DNA of 55,747 nucleotides from Perkinsus olseni (Eukaryota): NCBI GenBank assembly GCA_013115125.1, contig JABANN010000184.1, positions 1 to 55,747 of the forward strand, read 5' to 3'. Shown piece by piece: positions 32,635 to 43,760 of this stretch (position 1 is its first letter; each line of letters starts with the position of its first letter). The notes under the pieces were generated by a model. It saw only the letters and a program-made list of their open reading frames with translations, ran no database searches and was not told where the DNA came from. The position numbers and the translations under genes were made by a program.

Positions 32635-35600
32635 ATGGCTGCTGTTTCGACGTCCCTTCGATTCGGCCCGTCCGCCCTCCTCGTCCGTCGCTCCGCTGTC
32701 GCAGCTCGTCGGCTGTTCTGTACGGAAGAGGGGTCCGCGGGCGCCGCCGCGTGCAAGCCATCCGTATTGCCGAAGGACAGGAAGAACATGAAGCCCCGGG
32801 AGATGGTGGAGTACCTCGATCGGTAGAACAGGGATGGAGGTCGCTGAGCTAGCGAGCCCTCACAGTGCGTTCTTAGGCCGGCCCCTATCAGGCATGCGGC
32901 CAAGTGTCGTAATTCGGGTCGCGGTTCCCTAATTCAACCTCGACGACATGAGAATTGTACTTTGCGTTTAAGGAACTTATGTATTTGAGGACTACCTGCT
33001 CGCTCCGAGTTGAGGATCGCTATAGCACTTATTAACGCTGTATTTAATGCTGTCGTCCGTTAACGATAAATAAGAGCAAAGACCTTCTCCTCTTTACCTT
33101 GCCCAGGCATGGTAGCGGCGTTCTTATCAATACTCAACAGGTACGTGATAGGCCAGGCCGACGCCAAAAGGGCGGTAGCCAACGCCCTGCGTAACCGTTG
33201 GAGGCGACAGCAGCTCGAGGAAGAGCTCAGGGCGGAGATAATGCCACGGAACATGCTCATGGTGAGGATACCACCTTCCTCTCCCCTGCGGCAGCTGGTG
33301 TGATGATCAGGTCGGGCCTACCGGGGTGGGTAAAACCGAGATCGCACGGAGGCTTGCCAAGCTTGTTGATGCGCCCTTCATAAAGGTAAACAGCTGTTTG
33401 TTCGCTCGCGGCCATCACCAATCTTCTTGTCCCATCTAAACGGATTCTCGTGCCACTCTTTGTTCCATTGGAGGGCTCGGTGTTGTCCAGCGGTTCACTT
33501 CCAGCTATTCACTTAGGTTGAGGCTACAAAGTTTACGGAGGTCGGATTCCATGGACGCGATGTGGACTCGATTATCAGAGATCTTCTGGAAATGGCTATG
33601 ACTCGGCAACGGTACTCTAGCTCCACTTATTCGTATCTTCCTTGCTTCAACCTAAGATGCACTTCTCGGCTAGTGATTCCTTACGTCAGATCCCGATTGG
33701 AGGATGAGTTGAGACCCAAGGCCACCGAGGCGGCCGAGGAGCAAATTTTGAATGCTCTTATTGGTGATCACCGCAGCAGCAGCGAGAGGGCGCATCGATC
33801 GGTCGGTCGATTTTGCAGGTCCAATGTCGGCCCAGTCGGATAAAGATACATGGTTAGCGCACTTAAGAGCCAAGCTACTAGACGACCGGTGATACCCAGT
33901 TCTAGGGAGAATCTTGCAATCTTGGATTTTCTCAACGCAACTCCGGACCAGATTGAACGGCTGATAAATAGTTGAGAGCTCACTTCATCGTTCGAAGATC
34001 CGTTACGACACGCTCTCAATTGTAACGCGGCATGTTTCACTTTTTCGGGGTGATCTTGGAATCTTGCAATTTCCTAGCGCCCTCGTACTAGAGCGGTATT
34101 CGATCAGTCAAATAAAAGTTGAAGTTCCCGTGACCGATAACGATCTCTACCCGGAGTGGGTTGGTGGGGGCTCCGACTCCAGGAAGCCTCCTCAAATACG
34201 AGTCATACAGGTAATAGTCTAGCTAGAGGTGTCAGAAAGAGCGGAGGCGTTGGGGAAGGTACCAGTGGCTGGTGGGGCGGGCGGCAGACAGATGGAAAAG
34301 CGAACCATGACGGTGGCGGAGGCACGCCAAAAATTGGTCCAAGTATGAATTTCGTGGCGCGCGAAAGTGGGAAGGTGTGATATCGCTCAGGTGCATCTAG
34401 ACCGCATGATCGACTCGGATATGATATTGGCATCAGCCATCCGATCGACGGAGCAGGAAGGCATTGTTTTCGTTGATGAAATTGATAAGATCTGCAATTC
34501 TTCGAAGTGAGTGGTATCACATTAACAGTGTGGAGGAGAGGCGTACGATAACCTTGTCGTTTATAGGGGTTTTTATCATGGAAGTGACGCGTCTTCTGAG
34601 GGAGTCCAGCGAGATCTTCTGCCGATCCTCGAAGGCTCCGATGTCAGCACAAAGTAAGGCGGAGCGAAGTTTTTTCCATGATTTTGGTATAACCGCCGTT
34701 CAGGCATGGTAATGTGAACACAGACCACATACTTTTCATCTGCTCCGGTGCGTTCCACTCTGTCAAGCCCGGAGACATGTTGGCTGAACTGCAGGTGAGG
34801 AAAGCTTTGGCTCGAGTATCATCATCGGCTACTCGTTGAGGGGCTGGTACGAAGAACTCTCGCCTAAGGATCATAATCAACGGACTGGGTTCGTGTAGTG
34901 AAATAGCTGGAATGCTCGAAGCTGGCTCCGTTGTGCTGTGGCTCATGTTCATATCGATCTATACCAACGTCGTTGAACAATGTCGTCTGATTTCAGGGCC
35001 GGCTGCCTGTCCGAGTTACCCTCAGTGCGCTCACAGAGCACGACTTCGTCAGGATCCTTACTGAACCTCATCATAATCTCATAGAACAGCATAAGGTTAT
35101 CATCAGGACTCCTTTGAGTGCTCGTCGTCGTGCAGGGGAGCTCGTCTAGGTTCCTCCCGGAGATGGTACTTTGGCTGAGTAGTCCACATATATTTGGATA
35201 GAAAATACAAGTCCTTGTCCTTTAGCGGATTGGTAGATAATTATTTGAGAAAACTCGAGAGAAGCATTATTATATGAGAATTCCATCGTTCATGCCCCGC
35301 GACTGGATGGCTCCGTGGCCCCGATCGAGCGGCTCTTTGCTGTTCAGGCCCTCCTCCAAACCGAAGGCATAACGCTAGACTTTCCAGAAGATGGCATCAA
35401 GGTGAAGCCCCTTCGCACAGGGACTTACCATCAGCCGCAGCTCTTCAGGAGATCGCCCGCATTGCATTTGACTTGAATACGCATGTGGAAAATATCGGCG
35501 CCAGAAGACTGCATACGGTGATGGAGAAGATCATGGAGGAAGTCTCGTAGGGGCAGTGTGGCCCCTCGACGTCGAGTGAGGGAGGTCTTGTTGTCCTCGT

Positions 35601-35718
35601 CAGGTTCGATGCTCCCACCATGGGCGACGGGACAACGGTGACTGTGGATGCTGAGATGGTGCGGACGAAGCTTAAACCTTTGCTGAGTAAAGGCGATCTG
35701 CATAAGTTCATTCTGTGA
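32635..35718 (+). CDS. hslU: mitochondrial HslU/ClpY AAA+ ATPase (multi-exon)
   Basis: Mitochondrial-targeting-like N-terminus; [93 protein letters not shown]. Confidence 0.95.
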
Positions 35719-36408
35719 TGATTGTCATCATGTTTCGGTTTTTTTTACCCACGGCTGAGTCGAGTTGCTAGTCACACTACGCCACTGTGATGGCCGCTAA
35801 CGGATGTGGTCGAACATGATGAGCATGTTCATGTTGCTTCCTATTAGGAGGTTGCTAGTACCAAGACATCTTGTCATTGACATCGGTTCCTGAGCGAAAT
35901 TGGTACTCAACCAGCCAACCGTTCAGTCCGATTAGTGCGCCTCACGTTGAGGTCGTCAACTGATGTCCCGGAAGGACTCAAATCACTGACCGTCAAGGTT
36001 CCTCGCGCATGCGTGCTGCCTTGGACGTGTCCCGGTCCGGGAACCGCGGAGCGTGACGCACTGGTACACCATCTCCGTCCCTGCTGCTGCTGTAAACCTC
36101 CTCACCACCTACGGGAGTTTACTTCCAGAATACTGGCCCGACCGATGTGGTTGTGACTATATCCGTGCAGCCGGTTCACTAAACTCCAATACCAGGGTCA
36201 CCCTAGCCGGGCGATTGCCCCCTTGAGAAATCACGTGGAGCCAGTGTTGCTACAGAATGAGTATGATTGCCTCCATTACCATCAGAAGGCTCGCCGCGTG
36301 GCAGCCTACTTCTGAGCGTGTCACCACTGGTCGCTGTGGATTAGGGACTCAACCCCTCAGGCATCATGCTGGTTTGTCTTCACGCTGTATGCGTAGTTTT
36401 AACGTATA

Positions 36409-39400
36409 ATGACGCTCTTCAGTCGCCACGAGCAGGGAAGGGTCGCGGGGCTCGGGCTGAAGCGTGACAGTTTAGCTGTTATCAGTCGGCAAGTGGGCGT
36501 GCTGCTCAAAAAGGAGATCCTAATCGTTCGGAAGAGTCCCCTGACGGCCATTGTTACCACCATCTTCCCTATTGTGGTAGGCCTGGTATTTTTGGGTCAC
36601 CATAGGCACTCACAGAAATGTCGACCTCTGTTGCAGCCGCCACGTCTATCAGGCACTTTTTCTCTTCTCCTTGCCGAATATCGGTGGTGACACGATTGCT
36701 CAGAAGTTCACCGGCGAGGCGGTCTACCAGAAACCATTTTTGGCCGAAGAAGTTCTCGCCCCCAGACGGTAAGCACAGCCATCGTTCGATAAACCAATTC
36801 CGGAACCCGGAATAGTCGATTCCGCACAGTCGATTTCACGTGTTAAAATCAATCCAAGAATCGAGTCCGAGTTTATTGCCCATGAGAATAGCTTTCCTTG
36901 GTGAGCCCCCTACTCCCGCTGCAGGTACCTGGACAGCCCCGTGTATCCTGCTGACAGCCAGATCCCCTACTCGCCAACCTGGATACCCTTTGAATGGGAG
37001 GTCCGGGACCACCGTCTATGGTGGGCCCCCACCACCGACCCTCTAGCCACCAACATCCTTCGAGGTGCTCCGCTAAGCTCTGAGCGTTTTGCAAGACTCT
37101 CGTTTCTGTCTCAGTAGCCGCCTCCATGAACGGTATTGATGTTGGCGAGCTACGTGGATTCGCTACCGAGGCCGACCTAAGATACGCTTACGAGGAAGCA
37201 CGACCAGCAAGCTTCTTTGCCGCCATCGCCTTCGACCCTATTGACCTGTCTAGTAAGGCCAACGTCCAGTACAAGATCCTTATCAACGGGACTTACGCTC
37301 CCAACAGCGACCCAGACAAGCAGGTGGTCATCACTGATGACACCAGCCAAGCTCTGATACTGGACTACGGCAAGTACATCGACACGGGCTTCGTCGCCAT
37401 CCAGAATATGATCGACAGCGCTCTTGTGCGGGTGCTCACCGCCGATTCGACCAACTTCACGATACCGCCACTAAATGCAGTTCAATCCTTCCCAAGGCCG
37501 ACAGTGCAGGCAGCAGAGGCCCCTTGGGTCTTCAAGTGGCTGCCTGGCTGGTGCGTTAACATTAGTATTCTATTCTGGTTCACCGCGATGGTCACTAAGA
37601 TGGTCTATGACAAAGAATATGAATACTATAGATATTTCCTCATACTCAAGGTCTCTCGATGGGCTTACTGGTCTCACTGGATCGCCTTCTATTCCGCCAT
37701 TTCGGTCGTCATATCGCTTGGCTTCGTGGGTGTTGTCTACTTGGATAGAGTATTGGTCCTTTCATCATGGACCCTAGTCTGGCTGCACTACCTCGTTTTC
37801 CTATGGCAGTTGGTGGTGGCGGCCGTGGTAGCATCAACCCTAGCACGTTCAGTCCAGTCAGCTGGCTCGGTCGGTCTCGCATGCACCTTTATCATCAGTG
37901 CGGTTTACATAGCGTTGATCCTCGGTGGCTTTGAGCACCTGTCTGCCCTCAAGACGGCCCTCTCTATGATACCGTGGTTCGCCAGCATGCGTGGCGGAGA
38001 GATCATGGCCGGGCTGGACCTCAGAGGCCGCCGAGTCGGCCTTACCTGGTCCAACGCCTGGGAGAACGGCTTCGGCCATCTCCTCATCGCACAGGCCTGC
38101 GGGATACTCTTATTCGTCATCATAGCAGCCCGCTTGCTGCGGCCCAGTCGATTTGGTGCAGGAAGGTTAACGCAGGCGTCTGATGCATCTCTGATGACTG
38201 ATGATGCTGTCCTCGAAGATTCAGCAATGGAGAGCCCTGCTATCAGACTCGTCGGTCTCACCAAGCGCTTCCGTAGACAAGACAAGTCCATCTTGACAGC
38301 GGTCAATCAGCTCTCCCTGGTTGTTGATAGAGGGGAAATCTTCGGTCTCCTCGGACACAACGGCGCCGGTAAAACTACCGTGATCAGAATGCTCTGTGGC
38401 GAGATCCAGCCCGATGGTGGAATTGTCGAATTTGTGACCGAAGATGGTGTGGTTGATCGGGACCCTGCCCTGGGGGTGTGCCTCCAGCAGGACATCCTCT
38501 TCCCTGAGCTGTCCGCTAAAGAACATCTGCAGATCTTCGCGGGTTTGCGAGGTTCACCGATACCGGAAAATGCGGAAATCGTGTGTATGATGGGCAGCGT
38601 CGGCCTCGACAATACTGGGATCCATGAAAGTGAGTGAGCGTACGGTGTCTCCGTAGGCCTTCACGCTGTAGTCCGATCTTACTTCGTGCATGTTACTCAC
38701 CAGCGCAGTCTGTTGCGAAGTCTGGCTCCTATTGAGGGCTTCCCCGGTTCAGAATCGATTCTCGAACCGCGTTCCACATGTGAAAATCAATTTCAGAATG
38801 AAGTCTGAGGTTCAGAAATAGGTCATTGAACCAGAGCTTCGTCAAGCCGAGATACTACAGCCATTCAATAAACTGCTTCCGAAACTCGGAATCAATTCTG
38901 GAATTCTCTTTTGCGTCTAATAATCAGTTCCGGAATCGATTCTCAGTTTTACAATTACCATCTTGAACGGGGAACTTCATCTCCCTGACCATTAGGTATA
39001 TCGACCTACTCTGGTGGTATGAAGCGGAAGCTCTCTCTGGCCATCTCCTTGCTGGGCGACCCGGACTACCTCCTCCTCGACGAGCCCAGTGCCGGTGTCG
39101 ATCCTTACTCCCGCAGAGCACTCTGGGACGTCGTTCTGCGTCTAGCGCACAGCGAAGGGAAGACTATCATTATGACGACGCATTTCATGGACGAAGCGGA
39201 CATGCTGTCCAATCGCATTGGCATCATGAGAGAAGGAAGGCTCCTGGCCTGTGGCAGTAGTCTCTTCCTCAAGCATAACATCGATCGACTTGCCGGCGGT
39301 GACGCTGCTGTCAAGCCTGGATACACTCTCACTGCTACTTGTGAGTGTTGCAGCAATCTCACCTCTCGAAATAGCGTATCTTAGGTCCATCCAAGGAGAT

Positions 39401-42400
39401 CTCGAAGGAGGTTATGCGTAAGCTCAAAGATATCATGCCCGGCATCAAGAATACAAGTGTCAAGGAGGAGGAACTGTCCCTCCATCTTCCCCTGGGCTCC
39501 GAGAGGCAATATGCCGACATCCTGGATGCTGTCAACGCCACGGGGGCATCCGACGTGGCCATCGGTCTTACTTCACTAGAAGACGTCTTTCTCGCCACTG
39601 CTGGTGAGGTCGACCCGACGCTTGGTGGAGAGGCCGATAACGAGTCCTCACCTGCTGGCCTACACCATCGTATTTGGCTACCACTGGAGGACAAGAAGCC
39701 ATCCCAACCTCGTAGGGTGGATTCTTGCCAGTGCGTTTGTTAAGGAATCTTTGGTCAGGCTCTGTCTTCTACTTAGCGAGGATGGTGGCTTTGATGGACC
39801 TCCGGGATGTGCGAACCTTCGTCTTCAACAGCCTCCTGCCCATCGTCTTCATCATCGTTGGCTTCCTTCTATCCTACCTAATAGACCCCAAAGGCTCTCT
39901 AGTCAGTCCACCATCCCTGAGCCTTCTGCCATCAACCATCATCAATCCGAGCCCGGCGTATGTTCAAGGCAGTGCATTCAACAACAGTGCCTTGGGGCCA
40001 CCGTTGCAGTGGACTGACGACAGCCGCCCGTCTGGCGGGTGAGTTTTGCAGTCCTGAATCATCATCTACACGCTTTTTACGCTCAATAACAGCATCCGTC
40101 TGAAAAAAACCTAGTCTCCAACTCCGTTCCTACCCTCTCAGTTTGCCTTTTCTGACACCTCTAGCTAACTTTCTGTAACTGTAGATTTCGAGCTTCTCCC
40201 TGCTCTCCTCAGAGAGCTCCTCGCTCGTTATGAAAGTAACGGGACTCTCCAGTACGATCCGAAAATCGTCTCGAGTCTTCCCCTTGCGATATCTGCTATC
40301 ACCAACTCGACCTTGTACAACTGGACCAGCGGCTCCCCCGCAGCACTATCGGTACGTCGCCGTCAATCCCCCAACGCCAAGATGCCTGCCTTCCCGACAG
40401 GTTTCTGTTACCAATTCTCCCCTGCCTTACGTCAAGAGCTACCTAGTTGACGTCACACAGTTGCTGGTCCCCATGCTAACTATGCTAGGCTTCGTCCCCT
40501 TCGCGTATGTTGTTATCCCAATCGTCTTCTGGAGAGCCGACCACATCACTACGCAGCTCAAGTTCATGGGTGCCAATCTGGAAATTCAGCCGCTCGAAAT
40601 CTGATCCCGTTCCCTCTAGGTATGTCAACACGTCTTCAGTACATCGCCTTGTTCCTGCATCGCTTCCTCTTCGGCTTCCTCCCCTCTTTCGTGGTCCTCC
40701 TCATCGCAGCTGGGGCGTTCGGATCAGACGTAAGGTCCTCCTCCATCACGCTACTGTCCATCCGTTGGGCCCCTCTTCGCAGTTGCTGGGCGACGGCGGT
40801 CGATGGTTGGCCTATATCCTCCTCGTCATCACCACCTTCCTCGCCTTGATACCCTTCGCGATGGTGCTGGCCCCTCTGTTCAAGTCCGGCAGGCAGGTCG
40901 CTGACACCTTCCCTCTCCTTTGGAACTGCCTCTCCATTATCCCCTACATCATCGTCTGGCTGATGACCGGCAACTCCAGTGAGAGTAAGACAACGACTAG
41001 GCACCCGACGGGAAGTTGATATTTCTTGCCTTTCTCTTGAGGTGTCCGCAATGCTGGCGATATCATCGGGGACGTCATGACGATCATCCCAACGCTAGCC
41101 TACCAGCGAGGCACCCAACGGCTGCTGAGCCTGCAAGTGAGGCGCGGTTCGTCGGTCGAACGAGCACCTCCTGTTTCCGCCAGTTTGCAGTGGATCGCGC
41201 ATCGAGGGTCGAGAACAGCCCGGTGGAATGGTCGGATACCTTCAACCCTGCGAATGGCGTGTTGACCCCCCTGCTGGTCAACCTAGGCGTCATGTCCCTC
41301 AGTAGGAGCCCTCCTGTCCACAATCCGCCGGGGTTCATGCTGATGCTCCTCAGCCACGGCTCTGGTGTGGTACCAGACTCGAGACCAGATTTCTCACAAG
41401 ATGAGAAAACATAGTAGCTCGATTTCGCCCGGAAAAGCTGATGAGTTGCCCGAGAGCGAAGACCTGCTGGCTGAAGCGGTCCGCGCTGATACGATCGTGG
41501 AGGGCATCGCTGTAAGGAGCGACCACAGTATTTGGACGACGGCCTTTCATGTGAAGGTTCGAAACTTGACCAAGTTTTATCCCCAGCAGAAGAAGGCGGC
41601 GGTGCAATCTTTGAACCTCGCTGTTGCTCCCTCGGAAGTAGTCGTTCTATTGGGCCCTAACGGGGCTGGCAAGACGACTGTTATGAAGATGCTCAGCGGC
41701 GAGGAGATACCCACGGCCGGTACAGAGCCCATCGTCGTCTGTTCTCTAATTACACTGCTTTGCAGGACTGATGAAACTTGGACGTCCTGAGGACTTTGAC
41801 TTGGCGCAGCGCGGCGAGCTGGAGTTCACTTCGCTGTACAGGAGGCAAGTGTGTGGTTACTGTCCGCAAGCCGACGCCCTCTTCCCGGACCTCACGGTGA
41901 GTGTCTCAGAGTACTGCTAGTGCTGCGATCAGAGACGACTGTCACTGGGCAGGTTAAGGAGCATCTCGACCTCGCCTCTGCTCTGAAAGGTTTGAGGGCC
42001 CGATCGGCTTCGTCCCCCCACCGCGATCATGTAGATGCCATCATTGCAGGGCTCGGTGTTGGTGAGCTGCCACCTCCGCGCCGTCTCCAGCTCAGCCCTC
42101 TGTTTTAGGTGAATACCTTAACAGCCGTTCCAGCAGACTGTCTGGCGGGAATCGTCGCAAGCTCTCCCTGGCCCTGGCAATGATGGGCCACCCTCGTGTT
42201 CTGTTCTTGGACGAGGTCACCACTGGAATGGATCCTGCAGCGAGACGCTCCGTTTGGGCGACTCTCAGGTGAGGTTCGCTGTCGTAACCAAGCTGCGTAG
42301 TGCTAGTCGAGCGACCTCTTCAGAGGTGGTAAAGATACAAGCCCGCCGGCCATGCTCATGTCCACTCATTACATGGATGAAGCCACAGCACTATCGACAC

Positions 42401-42810
42401 GTATTGGCATCATCATCAACGGCGAGATGCGGGCGATTGGAAGCGTCAGCGAGCTGGCCAACAGGCAAGAAGCAGGCCTCGGTTGTCGCTGTCAAGGTCT
42501 TTCCAGGTTCAGCCGGGCGATCGCTATCGAGGCTTCTTTGAGCAAGGGGTTCTGTGCATCTACCCTCGCTGAGGAGTTAGGCCGTGCCCTGGGGATCGCC
42601 GACGTAACCGTAGTTGAGGACTTCAACTCTCTGGCCACATTTAGAGTGCCTCTATGGAACGACGCTTTGACCCCCATGCAGCAGATGGCCGAGCTCTTCC
42701 GCTTCATGGAAGGAGGGTTGAAGGCATCTTGTGGAGTTGTTTATTATAATCTTTCACTTATGAGCCTTGAGCAAATATTCATCGACCTTGTCCGTGAACA
42801 ACGAGCATGA
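36409..42810 (+). CDS. full-length ABCA-subfamily ABC transporter (multi-exon)
   Basis: Two TMD-NBD halves: GHNGAGKTT / [10 protein letters not shown] / LLDEP, and GPNGAGKTT / [10 protein letters not shown] / FLDEV; SLEDVF and SLEQIF motifs. Confidence 0.93.
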
Positions 42811-43185
42811 AAGATTCGGCTCGGTTCAATGACGATGTTACGCTAATGCAGCTGAAGACTGCAGCGATGTTAATGATACAAGATGGCTGTTAAATATTGT
42901 GACCGCTATTGATTTTTCATCCTCCCTTTCTTGCTTCTTTTACTATTTATGCGTATAAGTAGGTGACCTGTACTGAAGGTTGCGCAATTTCTCTTGACAC
43001 ATTGTCCGAGTTGAGTATATCCAGACAAACCACAACGATGAAATACTTTACGTCCATCGGAACGCGTCTGTAGTTGCCCTGTAACTTGAGACCCGCCCCT
43101 TAAAGATCTCACATAGGGAGCTTGAGCTGGCTTCGGCGCATCTCACTCCCGGCATGCGAGCTTCTTGGAATAGAAGATCCGGAAC

Positions 43186-43252
43186 GGGTTAGACCCGGGG
43201 TCGATCCGACAACCTTTCGACACGAAGCGCAACACATAAACTGCGCTACCAA
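43186..43252 (-). pseudogene. degenerate tRNA-like element in the convergent intergenic region
   Basis: GGTAGCGCAGTTT...CTTCGTGTCGAAAGGTTGTCGGATCGACCCCGG, with tRNA-like spacing and a mutated B-box. Confidence 0.45.
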
Positions 43253-43760
43253 ATATTATGAATGCAGTTGCTGTAGCGAAACTGGAGCGTACTGGGGTGC
43301 ATAGCTGCTGACCATTCTCATCCAGCGATCGTTCGTTTCATGAAGGCAACTGGGTTTCCTCCAACGGAGGGCCTCTATCCTATGATGGATGGGCATCTGA
43401 GCTTCTCGCTAACGCAATCTCCCGTCCTGTACGCAAGCCCAACTGGTTGAGCGTGCTCGACAGTTAAGAGGCCAAGGCCATCGGCTGCTCACTCGGTTTC
43501 AAATCCGACATGCTAGTCATATGCTACGACTGATCAGTGAGTTTAGTAGGCCCAAATGATGTAGTTAGCACGGCGACAGGACAATGGCCGATCCTGTGTG
43601 ATTGGTGATGACATTTTTCCAGTGAGGCGCTCGTGTTGGGCTTGCCTAGTAGTACTGCGTTAACTGCAACATGGTTGGTTGATAGCGGAAAAGGTAGACA
43701 CTTTCTCATGTGACGACAAGAAGGGGAAGACCTCCAAGTAATATAACAAGGCCGCATCCA

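Noticed and set aside
42879-42889. AGCCATCTTG partial spliced-leader match
   Set aside because: Only about 10 nt, downstream of a gene and with no adjacent ATG; expected by chance.
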